Of a stretch of DNA of 64,000 nt, positions 1 through 8,186 are shown piece after piece (position 1 is the stretch's first letter; the number at the start of each line of letters is the position of its first letter). Made by a program: the position numbers and the translations under genes. A model generated the notes under the pieces. That model saw only the letters and a program-made list of their open reading frames with translations. It was not told where the DNA came from and did no database searches. The stretch is from a virus: the IMG/VR virus record IMGVR_UViG_3300013131_000002, positions 1 through 64,000 of that record; one strand, given 5' to 3'.

Positions 1-1614
1 ATGCATCTTTCTAAATCGTTTTGCATATGCAATAACTTCACCTCGGTCATTCTCAAATCCAATCTTTGCATTATAATACTCAGCCAGCATAAACAAATTT
101 CTATTATATTCGTCCTGAGATTGAGGGCGGCCTACGTAAGAAGCTACAATAATATCGTCTGGTTTTGAAATATTGTTAGGGACTTTAATGACATAGGCTG
201 CTCCAAGAGATGTTGCAGATGCAGACTTTCCTTGAGCATATGGGTCATGACAGATTATGTATAGATTTTTTGGGGTGAAGCCTTCCTTTTCAGTTTTATA
301 TGGAGCTTCATAGACAACTATACATCCCGTCAAATCATCATCCTTTCTATGTGGGAATTTAGAAATAGGTTTAGCACTGCCGTTAGGCCTGAAATTAGTT
401 TTACCATTGGAGTCATAATACATCTCTCCACAAACTCCTATAGTTTGGAGATTATTGGCAATTACTTTATTGTATTGTTCTTTCAAAGAAGCTACATCAA
501 ATACATTGGCCGTTACTTGGAGAGTAGCCTCTTGTGGAGTAAATGGGTGTTCGGCAATATATTGATCGAATGCTTTTGGATCGTTACCTTTTTTCTTTTT
601 TTCTCTTTGAGTTTCCTCATAGGTCATAGCCATATCTTCGAGACTATTACCGTTTTCATCTATAAAGCCATCGAGATTTTTATAAATTGGAACAAAGAAA
701 CCACATTGTGTTCCCATAGCTCCGGCATCCCAATCATTATCAAATCCTAAGCAGTCATAAGCTTCTGGGTGATAAAACAATTCCTCCATACCTTCAAAAC
801 CTGGGCCTTCTTCTCCACCTGTTCCAAATGCAATCATTGTCCCAAGTGTTTTTGAACCCTGTCTCATCGTAGGCATTGCCACCTCCCAAGCTTTTAATAA
901 TCCTGCAAAGGATCCTGCTTCTTCAAAGAAGATTAACTCTCCTGCTTTACCACGGATTTTGTCTGGGTCATCCTTTAAGCTGACTCCGATAATCTGTGAT
1001 TTAAACCCAAGAGTTACATCGGCCCCATTGACATTCTTTTTGTACCCAGATTGCTTGTGCATCTCTCGGTCGATTAACCGTGGTTGGGTCCAAGCTGTGT
1101 TATCGTCTACAAATGATACAATGTCCCATGCTTTTGATAACATACCATCCCCGATTAAGTATTGCTTGTCAGAAGCAAATACAAAATTCTTAGAATTCCT
1201 AAGATGGAAATAGTTACGGCAAAGCATAGCTGCAGCTTTGTAGGAGAATCCTTTTCGACGAGCCTTGAGGACAACCATGTGTTTGTTCTCTCTACGTGCT
1301 TTATCAATTGCATTAAAATATTCGTAGTCCCCGTCATAAAATGCTGGGAAACTCCGATCACGTCGTGAGATAATTTCCCCATTAGGTTGTTCTTCATCGA
1401 TAATTCTGTCTATTGGGCAATAGTTTAAGTAGAAATAGTGAAATCCAGAAATTTTTACCCCATTAACTTCGTATCCGTGCATGCACCTATGCTGTTCTTC
1501 ATCCCAATACTCATAGTATTGTTTTGTTCCAGGAAGTGCATCAGTATAAAAGCCAAATTCTTTGTAATGATTGGCAGCTGGACAGAATAAATGTGTATCT
1601 CTAAGTTTACTCAC
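1..1614 (-). CDS. terL: Terminase large subunit (3' end runs off the window; absent from the ORF track)
   Basis: Manual translation from GTG 1614: MSKLRDTHLFCPAA...HYFYLNYCPI...LKARRKGFSYK (Walker A)...RGKAGELIFFEEAG (Walker B)...MIAFGTGG...IICHDPYAQ (RNase H-like nuclease Asp). Typical crAss-like TerL. Confidence 0.95.
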   Translation of the reverse strand, partial: MSKLRDTHLFCPAANHYKEFGFYTDALPGTKQYYEYWDEEQHRCMHGYEVNGVKISGFHYFYLNYCPIDRIIDEEQPNGEIISRRDRSFPAFYDGDYEYFNAIDKARRENKHMVVLKARRKGFSYKAAAMLCRNYFHLRNSKNFVFASDKQYLIGDGMLSKAWDIVSFVDDNTAWTQPRLIDREMHKQSGYKKNVNGADVTLGFKSQIIGVSLKDDPDKIRGKAGELIFFEEAGSFAGLLKAWEVAMPTMRQGSKTLGTMIAFGTGGEEGPGFEGMEELFYHPEAYDCLGFDNDWDAGAMGTQCGFFVPIYKNLDGFIDENGNSLEDMAMTYEETQREKKKKGNDPKAFDQYIAEHPFTPQEATLQVTANVFDVASLKEQYNKVIANNLQTIGVCGEMYYDSNGKTNFRPNGSAKPISKFPHRKDDDLTGCIVVYEAPYKTEKEGFTPKNLYIICHDPYAQGKSASATSLGAAYVIKVPNNISKPDDIIVASYVGRPQSQDEYNRNLFMLAEYYNAKIGFENDRGEVIAYAKRFRKMH

Positions 1615-2104
1615 TGTATTTATTAGTTTTTACTCCTGCTCTGTTTGGATTATCCTTAGCTTGTTGCTTTTGTACAAGTTCTTCAAGTCTATCTAGTCCT
1701 TCTACTACCTCTCCAATCTTAGATAAGTTGGCAACTAAGTCTTTTGCTTGGTAGAGTAGTTTTCCATTCTCATCCATTGCAGTTAAGTCAATGTTTTGGA
1801 AGTATTTTTCTAACTTGTTAACTGATGATCTAGCTGACTTAAGAAGTCTGATAGCATGGGTATCGGACAACTGAATGTACTTACTGACTGCAGCTTCAAT
1901 TGCTGTAGTCATCTTAATCCCTAAATCTTTTAGAAGCACTTCTTTTCTTTCTTCTTCGTCATATGCTGCATAGCTTGACCTATGATCTGCAAAAAAGTAA
2001 ACAAATGCAAGTTCTTTGACTGCTCGTTTCTCGAATTCCGGGATAGTCAAAGCATATGCAGATGGGATAACTAGGTTATTATTTACCGTTAGCAAGTCTT
2101 TCAT
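1607..2104 (-). CDS. Conserved crAss-like helical protein upstream of TerL (candidate terminase small subunit)
   Basis: 165-aa ORF overlapping the TerL start; ELAFVYFFADHRSSY motif; function inferred from position only. Confidence 0.55.
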   Translation of the reverse strand: MKDLLTVNNNLVIPSAYALTIPEFEKRAVKELAFVYFFADHRSSYAAYDEEERKEVLLKDLGIKMTTAIEAAVSKYIQLSDTHAIRLLKSARSSVNKLEKYFQNIDLTAMDENGKLLYQAKDLVANLSKIGEVVEGLDRLEELVQKQQAKDNPNRAGVKTNKYSE

Positions 2105-2321
2105 TCTTCTTTCTTTTTAGTTCGTTTAAATGAGCTATTCTAGATTTTTTTGCATGAAATTTTCCAAAATATGGAAGTCTAACAGCTTCAAAATCACCAA
2201 GTTTAATGATATTGGCTACGAATTTAAACTGATGAAATACAATATCCTCTATCTTGTTGAGTGGAAGGTTGTATTTTGTTGCTAATTTTTGAATGACGAC
2301 TTTTTCATTTATCATCATCAT
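2079..2321 (-). CDS. HU/IHF-like DNA-binding protein
   Basis: IQKLATKYNLP...VRLPYFGKFHAKK resembles the HU/IHF 'V.L.GFG.F' signature; IHF-like genes near TerL are a known crAss feature. Confidence 0.75.
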   Translation of the reverse strand: MMMINEKVVIQKLATKYNLPLNKIEDIVFHQFKFVANIIKLGDFEAVRLPYFGKFHAKKSRIAHLNELKRKKNERLANGK

Positions 2322-2604
2322 TGTCTTTTAAGTTTAGCTTTTTCCCTCCTGTTCCTTTTGGGGTAGTTATCCATCTACTTGGTTTATCTGGACATTCACT
2401 TGTCTGCCATCCGGCCTTTACTTCGATGTAGCATCCACATAATCCACAGGTCATATCTTTTTCTTGAAGATGTGGACATGTAGAACATGCTTGGACTCTT
2501 TCTATATACTGATCTTCTGATACAGGTTTGAATCCACTGGCTGCATATTTAGCAGAAGCTTTGGCAAAATTGCCAATCATTTGAAAAATGTTAGGTTTAC
2601 TCAT
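2305..2604 (-). CDS. Cys-rich small metal-binding protein (DUF6171-like)
   Basis: RVQACSTCPH...CGLCGCY..VK......CP....W pattern. Confidence 0.6.
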   Translation of the reverse strand: MSKPNIFQMIGNFAKASAKYAASGFKPVSEDQYIERVQACSTCPHLQEKDMTCGLCGCYIEVKAGWQTSECPDKPSRWITTPKGTGGKKLNLKDNDDDK

Positions 2605-2722
2605 TTGATATTTCTGTTAGTTGTAATAATTCAACAGTTCCATTTCCACTTTGTATAACTGATAGACAAGTATTTCCCATGTAGAAAAATGTTATCACTT
2701 TGTCTTCTGGGATAAATATCAT
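2597..2722 (-). CDS. 41-aa hypothetical protein (not in ORF track)
   Basis: MIFIPEDKVITFFYMGNTCLSVIQSGNGTVELLQLTEISNE; overlaps both neighbours and exactly fills the gap. Confidence 0.55.
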   Translation of the reverse strand: MIFIPEDKVITFFYMGNTCLSVIQSGNGTVELLQLTEISNE

Positions 2723-3033
2723 TTTGTAGGGATGATGTTTATCTGTACTGGTTCTAACTTTAAAAGTGGGCTTAGCTCATATCCATTTTTAGTCTGTACT
2801 ATAGCATTCTTGTCTTTTAATCTTTTCACGTAGTTGTTCAAAGTATTATGATCTTTGATGTCTAGTAGTAGAGATATCTTCTTTTTGTTAGTAGGGGAGC
2901 ATAGGTTTATAGTCTCACTGTTATCTATGAAAGCAGCAAGTATGTTCATCTCAGTATCTGTTAACTCAAGAATTCCATTGAATACTTGAATAAACTTTTT
3001 AGTGGTATCAGCTTTTATACTAATCTTCCTCAT
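2719..3033 (-). CDS. Hypothetical protein, possible winged HTH
   Basis: ELTDTEMNILAAF...TLNNYVKRLKDKNAIVQTKNGYEL resembles a wHTH. Confidence 0.55.
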   Translation of the reverse strand: MRKISIKADTTKKFIQVFNGILELTDTEMNILAAFIDNSETINLCSPTNKKKISLLLDIKDHNTLNNYVKRLKDKNAIVQTKNGYELSPLLKLEPVQINIIPTK

Positions 3034-3277
3034 CTTGTTTAAGTTTGATTAATTCAATCTTTGCACGTCCGTCTATAATGTGGACTTTACATGTCTTAGA
3101 GTAACTATTGAATTCATTAAGATGTTCTTCAATATTCTCTCTTGTCACTAAAAAAGTAAGAAATACTTCAATCTCTTTTGTAGCTTGAAGTATATCTTTC
3201 TTTAATAGTTGAATATTTGGTACAGCTTCTCTAAGACTGTGGTAGTCCTCTAGTGATAAAGTGACCGTTCCGTTCAT
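3020..3277 (-). CDS. Hypothetical protein
   Basis: 85-aa ORF packed in the operon; GTVTLSLEDY start. Confidence 0.7.
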   Translation of the reverse strand: MNGTVTLSLEDYHSLREAVPNIQLLKKDILQATKEIEVFLTFLVTRENIEEHLNEFNSYSKTCKVHIIDGRAKIELIKLKQDEED

Positions 3278-3287
3278 ACTTAGTTAC

Positions 3288-3569
3288 TTAGTTAGTTACT
3301 ACCCCAAGTACTGCCATTGATTCGTTGATCATAACATAATCAGATCCTTCGAGTTCAATGATTACCCCGTCACTTGCAGGGTGAATGTATACGATATCCC
3401 CAACTTTGCATTTACAGTCTGGACCTGCAGCTAATACTGGAAGTACGTTAGAACGTAATGCTGATGCTGATTTTCCACTTAGGATAATTCCTGAATCTGT
3501 TACAGTTTTGTCAGGTTTAGGGACTACCAACCAATCACGGGTTGGTTCAAAATTGATTTTCTTTTCCAT
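3288..3569 (-). CDS. groES: Co-chaperonin GroES (Cpn10)-like
   Basis: FEPTRDWLVV...TDSGIIL...VLAAGPD...KVGDIVY...IELEGSDYVMINE..VLGVV. Confidence 0.88.
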   Translation of the reverse strand: MEKKINFEPTRDWLVVPKPDKTVTDSGIILSGKSASALRSNVLPVLAAGPDCKCKVGDIVYIHPASDGVIIELEGSDYVMINESMAVLGVVTN

Positions 3570-3590
3570 TGTTGTTTAATTTGCTTGATG

Positions 3591-3621
3591 CAAATATAAC
3601 AAGGAATCTTATATAACCAAA
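3591..3621 (-). promoter_or_regulatory. Bacteroidota primary-sigma promoter for the groES-terL operon
   Basis: Minus strand TTTG-N19-TATATTTG, matching the -33/-7 consensus. Confidence 0.8.
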
Positions 3622-3625
3622 TTTT

Positions 3626-4072
3626 TTACTTAACTAGTGCTATTACAGTAGTGGCAATGAATACAGTTGTTGTGAGTACAAACAATCCTGTAGTCTTTTT
3701 ATAAGTAGATAGATCTGAGTTTGTTGCTACTAGTTCAGCATTTAAGTTTTCTATATCCAGTTGCAAACTCCCAATCTTTTCAAGATTTGCTTTATCTGCA
3801 GTTTGACATTTAACATATGAATCAGTCAAAGTTTTGATAGCTAAGTCTTTATCATTCAATCTTATCTCATAAGAATTAACACTTTGTGTAAGTAGGAATT
3901 CACTTTTCTTACAAGCATCTAAATCTACCATTGCTTTTAGCAATGTTTCTTCTTGCTTAGTTGTAAAGAATACCCCGGCCTGACCGTTATAGTTAATTCT
4001 TTGGGGAGTAAGTTGTCCATAGCTGATCACGTTCATCGTTATCAGCACTAGAAATACGACCAATGACTTCAT
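3626..4072 (-). CDS. Secreted/membrane coiled-coil protein, spanin-like
   Basis: N-terminal signal (..ISYG/Q), coiled coil, C-terminal hydrophobic helix; last gene of the lysis cassette. Confidence 0.5.
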   Translation of the reverse strand: MKSLVVFLVLITMNVISYGQLTPQRINYNGQAGVFFTTKQEETLLKAMVDLDACKKSEFLLTQSVNSYEIRLNDKDLAIKTLTDSYVKCQTADKANLEKIGSLQLDIENLNAELVATNSDLSTYKKTTGLFVLTTTVFIATTVIALVK

Positions 4073-4358
4073 CTCTGTCTTTTTTTATGTTAATGATTAG
4101 GTTTGCATTTGCAAGTATCTTGTACTTGTTTATGCTATCGTTGAATGCTAAGCTGTCTATGATGTGCATTGTTTTAATTGAGTCAATTTTGAGCTCATAC
4201 AAATCTGATATTACTTTTAGCTTGGCATCTGACTTGTCTTTTTCTTCTTTGATATTTTGTATTCTAGAAGCTAGTCCTATAACTAAGACTGTAAGTACTG
4301 CACATACAACGAATACTATTCCTTGCCAGGAGATAACTTTACTGTTCTGACTGTTCAT
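3993..4358 (-). CDS. i-spanin-like membrane protein
   Basis: N-terminal TM (WQGIVFVVCAVLTVLVIGLA) plus coiled coil; follows the holin; ATG 4358 preferred over TTG 4376. Confidence 0.55.
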   Translation of the reverse strand: MNSQNSKVISWQGIVFVVCAVLTVLVIGLASRIQNIKEEKDKSDAKLKVISDLYELKIDSIKTMHIIDSLAFNDSINKYKILANANLIINIKKDRDEVIGRISSADNDERDQLWTTYSPKN

Positions 4359-4587
4359 TTTGTTTTGGTTTTCCAAATACTTTTGATACGTTTTCTACTG
4401 CTGTGAATCCCATTCCTGCTCCAGATAATATCAATAATCCATCATATATAAACTCAGGACATATGTAAATTGTGAATGTCCCCACATATGCAATGATTAT
4501 GCAGGTTAAAAGAGCCAGGGCTGACCCAACTCTCTTGAAACTTACGTCTCCCTCAGCTGAAAACATTGACTTTACCCATTTTAGCAT
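4339..4587 (-). CDS. Holin-like two-TM protein
   Basis: DVSFKRVGSALALL..., two hydrophobic helices, adjacent to the endolysin. Confidence 0.65.
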   Translation of the reverse strand: MLKWVKSMFSAEGDVSFKRVGSALALLTCIIIAYVGTFTIYICPEFIYDGLLILSGAGMGFTAVENVSKVFGKPKQNEQSEQ

Positions 4588-5132
4588 TAGAATTCTCTTA
4601 ATAGTGTATAAGTAAACAATTTTTTACCCGAATCCTCACAAGTTTTTATCAATTGATTGAACTGTTCGGGATTATTTAACACTTGGCACCCAGCTGACCA
4701 TTTGTCGATGATACTAGATATAGCAGATGGGTTAGCTCTATGAATGTTTACCCCAAACATTCCAGTATCCTCAGTCTTTGATTCTTCAGCTAAGTCATTT
4801 TTGTTGTTATCACGGTAAACAGTGATAGGTTTAGCTTGTACTAAAGCTTTGTACTGACCTTTGTGTAAACCAAGTTTCCAACTGTCGACATATTGTCCGG
4901 GTTTAAGTACTGCTGTTCCTTTTGGATTCATCAGATTTTTTAACCAGTGGGTCCCAGGATTAGTAGTACAACTATACACTGTCATGATTGGACCATTGAC
5001 TACATAAATGAAATCATCAAATTTGTTTCTTTCATTTGCTGCAGATCTAGTTCCAATTATATGAAACTTAGGCCAGTCATATCCGAGCCTAGCAAACTCT
5101 GCTTCTAGTTCTTTGTAAGTGTACTTTTTCAT
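4587..5132 (-). CDS. Endolysin with L,D-transpeptidase (YkuD)-like Cys/His motif
   Basis: TTNPG...GVNIHRAN-x-WSAGCQV; position in holin/spanin cassette. Confidence 0.7.
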   Translation of the reverse strand: MKKYTYKELEAEFARLGYDWPKFHIIGTRSAANERNKFDDFIYVVNGPIMTVYSCTTNPGTHWLKNLMNPKGTAVLKPGQYVDSWKLGLHKGQYKALVQAKPITVYRDNNKNDLAEESKTEDTGMFGVNIHRANPSAISSIIDKWSAGCQVLNNPEQFNQLIKTCEDSGKKLFTYTLLREF

Positions 5133-5374
5133 TTTGGGGTATTGTAAATTGTAAATGCAGTACCTGGGTCTGCCTCAAGCAAAGATACAAAATATTCTAA
5201 TTTACTAGTATCCTGAAAATCCTGAATCATTCGTGTATGCTCAGGTAATCCCCTTGGTGGGATTTCTTCGGTACCGGTAAGATCTTCAGATAAGATAAAT
5301 ACTATTACGTCATTACCTACAAGCACTTGAAGTTGCCAGTCCCCATTTTCTAGTTGTGTATAATTGTAATTCAT
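5129..5374 (-). CDS. Hypothetical protein (possible fibre chaperone)
   Basis: 81 aa, coupled to the fibre-like gene. Confidence 0.6.
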   Translation of the reverse strand: MNYNYTQLENGDWQLQVLVGNDVIVFILSEDLTGTEEIPPRGLPEHTRMIQDFQDTSKLEYFVSLLEADPGTAFTIYNTPK

Positions 5375-6621
5375 TAGCTTAACGAGAAATTAAATGAAAC
5401 AGTAGTGATTTGTGCTGATGTAGCACCTCCTACCACGTTAGGATTTTTTGCTATGCAGTACAATCTATCTCCATTTGAAAATGATACAGTTGTACCATCA
5501 TCCGTTGCATATACTCCAGCGGCACTACCTGCAGCAATAGTAACTTTAGCGCCTAAAACGGATGCCGTTGCATTAGCTACATAAACTTGAAGACTGTTTG
5601 TTGCTGGGTTAGCAGACCTTGTTATTACTCTCATTTTGCTTGCTACTCCAGCAGGCATTGGGTACCCGGGCATAAAAGCAGCTGCCGCACTACCATAATC
5701 ACCTGCTGTAACAGCTACGGTAGCTACTGGTGTACCCCCTAAATAAATTGAACCTCTAGCCCCGTTTGTGATACCCGCTCCGTTAGCATTTCCAACAAAG
5801 ACAGTAGTATTTGAAGTTTGATAAGTATTTGTATCTAAAGCAAATGTACCCGCAGCAGTCATTTTTACAAAAGGCGTGCCCGATACCCAAGCAGGATAGT
5901 TAACAGCTGCCCACGTCCCTAGTGTTGGAGTCCCTGTAAGTTTACTATAAGCTAAACTTGTAAGCCAAGAAGGGTCAGCATAACTACCTGAACTTAATAA
6001 ATCTCCAACAGTCCAGGATCTATCTGCTGATAAATCGTAGCTTGTGCCGTTAATATTAAGAGTTCTTGATGTTGGAACATAGCCTGTTAAAGACGCTGAT
6101 GTAATATACCCTGATGGGTTTGTTAGTGGATAGTAAGTAGCAGCAGCAGTAGCTGAAGTTAAGTATGGAAGTAATGCTGCTGAAGTAATATAACCTGCAG
6201 GATTAGTAGCATCGTACTTTGCATTAAGAGCTGTTTGTAAGTCTGTCTGTGACGACAGTGTCCCAGTAATTGACCCCCAAATTGATGAGCCTCCTCCACC
6301 AGTAGCATTGATTGTTACATCCCCAGTAGATTGATCGATTGTCACGTTAGTCCCAGCAATGATGCTAGTCACTCCAGTGTTTGCAATTGTAATACTACCA
6401 TCAATCTCTGTAACTCCAATCCCTGTTCCAGCCAGTACAAAGGATGATAAGTATTTGAAGCTGAAGGTCTTTGCTTGTTGAGATTTTACATAAGACACAA
6501 GCACTTGCCCATGTCTTATGTTATCATACCTAAGTGTAGACCCATCAGATTCATCTACATCAACTAATTGCCGTAAGCTGATATTAGACTTTACAGTTTT
6601 ATTAGTTGAGAATTTTGTCAT
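5374..6621 (-). CDS. Tail fibre/structural protein
   Basis: G/T/S/A-rich; GVTSIIAGTNVTI, WGSITGTLSSQTDLQTALNAK, duplicated TNPxGYITSA, VPTSRTLNING motifs typical of phage fibres. Confidence 0.7.
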   Translation of the reverse strand: MTKFSTNKTVKSNISLRQLVDVDESDGSTLRYDNIRHGQVLVSYVKSQQAKTFSFKYLSSFVLAGTGIGVTEIDGSITIANTGVTSIIAGTNVTIDQSTGDVTINATGGGGSSIWGSITGTLSSQTDLQTALNAKYDATNPAGYITSAALLPYLTSATAAATYYPLTNPSGYITSASLTGYVPTSRTLNINGTSYDLSADRSWTVGDLLSSGSYADPSWLTSLAYSKLTGTPTLGTWAAVNYPAWVSGTPFVKMTAAGTFALDTNTYQTSNTTVFVGNANGAGITNGARGSIYLGGTPVATVAVTAGDYGSAAAAFMPGYPMPAGVASKMRVITRSANPATNSLQVYVANATASVLGAKVTIAAGSAAGVYATDDGTTVSFSNGDRLYCIAKNPNVVGGATSAQITTVSFNFSLS

Positions 6622-7169
6622 TATCTAACTTTGTCTACTTCTAAACTGATAGCAGCAATTGCTGGATAAGGGGCAGTTGCAGCAAGTGTTCTAATTTGCA
6701 TATCTGTAGAATTAGCTGCATACTGTAATCCAATTCTAACATTTTCAGTAGTTGTAACAATATGAGAATGTAAAGTCATAATCCCAATCTGACTTGATAT
6801 TGCTAATGAAAGTACATTAGCAGTATAGTCTTGAGCTACTCCATTAACATGTAACCATGCAGTTAGAGATCCTTCAGTTGTTGTATTGTTTTTAAAGATC
6901 TGAAGAGTAAAGTCAAAACTGTAAGTTCCAGGATTTACTACTACAATAGTATTAGATGCATAGTACACCCCTTCTGCATATGTTGTAGTAGGAGTTGGGG
7001 CTACATAAGCAGTATTAATTGCAGCAGTAGTAAGAGTAGTGGTATTTAGAAAAGATCCACCAACATTGATTTCGTTTACTATAGCGTTTAGATGTCCAAC
7101 TTTTGCTGGTAGATTATCAGCTCCTAAAAAGTTAGAGTAGTAATTGTCACGAATAAGTGAGATAGCCAT
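6621..7169 (-). CDS. Structural beta-sandwich protein (C1q/BclA-C-like)
   Basis: IVVVNPGTYSFDFTLQI...AWLHVNG pattern. Confidence 0.5.
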   Translation of the reverse strand: MAISLIRDNYYSNFLGADNLPAKVGHLNAIVNEINVGGSFLNTTTLTTAAINTAYVAPTPTTTYAEGVYYASNTIVVVNPGTYSFDFTLQIFKNNTTTEGSLTAWLHVNGVAQDYTANVLSLAISSQIGIMTLHSHIVTTTENVRIGLQYAANSTDMQIRTLAATAPYPAIAAISLEVDKVR

Positions 7170-7181
7170 TTTTGTATAATT

Positions 7182-7409
7182 TTAATTAAGTTTACTTCTA
7201 GCTTGAATGTACAAGTGTGACTTCTCCTGTTCTGCAGCCATAATGGCCATGATTCCTCTAAGTTCTTCATACGTAAATTGTATAACTAACTTATCTTCAT
7301 GATCTACCATTTGGATAACAGCTTCGTCAATATACACTACAGCCTGCTCTCCATCATCCTCTTTACTAAATGGAGGTTGATAAATTCCAGTTTTAATGTA
7401 AGTTGGCAT
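7182..7409 (-). CDS. Hypothetical protein
   Basis: 75-aa ORF with an upstream TATCTTTG element. Confidence 0.7.
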   Translation of the reverse strand: MPTYIKTGIYQPPFSKEDDGEQAVVYIDEAVIQMVDHEDKLVIQFTYEELRGIMAIMAAEQEKSHLYIQARSKLN

Positions 7410-7427
7410 TCAAGTCTAATTTGATAT

Positions 7428-7435
7428 CAAAGATA
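7428..7435 (-). promoter_or_regulatory. -7 promoter element TATCTTTG
   Basis: TAnnTTTG consensus 19 nt upstream of the 7409 start. Confidence 0.6.
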
Positions 7436-7483
7436 GTCAAATTCTTAGACATACCTATCCCCTTCGATTGTTTTTTGTTTCAA

Positions 7484-7690
7484 ATTGACCTTCAGAGTAC
7501 TGCCGTCTTTAGCCTTCGGAGGAACATTTCTGTCAGCCTATAGTTTTAACCCTCCCCAGTATCCTATATCAATCCCATTTTTGCAACTATCGGGGACAAC
7601 TTTCTCTAGCTATGTTGCTAGAAATAGAACCCGACTTCTGACCCCCTATCTTGGTTACCTCAGGGGTGATCGTTTGGATTACGGTTGCAG
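7484..7690 (-). ncRNA. Candidate structured ncRNA (two multi-stem domains)
   Basis: No minus-strand ORF in the track; nested stems TGCAAC/GTTGCA, CCCCTG/TAGGGG, TCGGG/CCCGA, TCTAGC/GCTAGA, ATTGAT/GTCAAT, TACTG/CAGTA, GGAGGG/TCCTCC; own -7 element just upstream. Confidence 0.55.
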
Positions 7691-7693
7691 AGA

Positions 7694-7701
7694 CAAAGAT
7701 A
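7694..7701 (-). promoter_or_regulatory. -7 promoter element TATCTTTG facing the ncRNA candidate
   Basis: TAnnTTTG match right after the stop of the 44-aa peptide. Confidence 0.6.
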
Positions 7702-7710
7702 GCAAATTAC

Positions 7711-7845
7711 TTACCCTTGTCCAACTGAAAGTTTTGTATAATGCTTTGAAGTTTTTAACTTCGAGTGCTTCTTCTTACTGTGAACCCCTGGACGTTTCTT
7801 CTTCGGGGTGGGTTTGAAGTTAGTGTTAGTCTGAACTTTTGCCAT
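7711..7845 (-). CDS. 44-aa highly basic peptide (not in ORF track)
   Basis: MAKVQTNTNFKPTPKKKRPGVHSKKKHSKLKTSKHYTKLSVGQG. Confidence 0.7.
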   Translation of the reverse strand: MAKVQTNTNFKPTPKKKRPGVHSKKKHSKLKTSKHYTKLSVGQG

Positions 7846-7851
7846 TGTTAG

Positions 7852-8016
7852 TTAGTGTTTTTCAAGTGTTAATCTAAGTGAGATCGAGTACAAGTACAAA
7901 CTTATGTACAACTCCCACCAAAGTTTATCTTTTGGACGAACAAACTTAAAATCTACCCCAATCCTGTTGGTGATCTTCATTCGTCTCTTGGTTCCTCTTA
8001 CCTTTAATCTTTTCAT
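7852..8016 (-). CDS. 54-aa hypothetical protein (not in ORF track)
   Basis: MKRLKVRGTKRRMKITNRIGVDFKFVRPKDKLWWELYISLYLYSISLRLTLEKH; tightly packed between neighbours. Confidence 0.55.
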   Translation of the reverse strand: MKRLKVRGTKRRMKITNRIGVDFKFVRPKDKLWWELYISLYLYSISLRLTLEKH

Positions 8017-8028
8017 CTTATTCTGTAT

Positions 8029-8181
8029 TTAGCTTCCACAATAAAGACAACCCTCATCGTCGTCGTCATAGTATCCACTGGTTATCTTTTCTACTTCTTC
8101 ACTGACTTGTGCATTAGTCCATGTAGGGTTTTTCATCTTAATCTGAACCCTTAAAAAGTGGTGTTGTTCTAAACTATTCAT
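8029..8181 (-). CDS. 50-aa peptide ending in acidic CxxCGS (not in ORF track)
   Basis: MNSLEQHHFLRVQIKMKNPTWTNAQVSEEVEKITSGYYDDDDEGCLYCGS; TATATTTG immediately upstream; alternative start at 8136. Confidence 0.65.
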   Translation of the reverse strand: MNSLEQHHFLRVQIKMKNPTWTNAQVSEEVEKITSGYYDDDDEGCLYCGS

Positions 8182-8186
8182 CGTAA

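Noticed and set aside
349-1397. ORF-track entries 349-750, 959-1213, 1155-1397 and 1162-1368
   Set aside because: Shadow ORFs over the TerL reading frame (1614 to <1, minus strand)
7485-7817. 110-aa plus-strand ORF
   Set aside because: TTG start, opposite to local transcription, no recognisable motif; overlaps the 44-aa peptide and the RNA candidate
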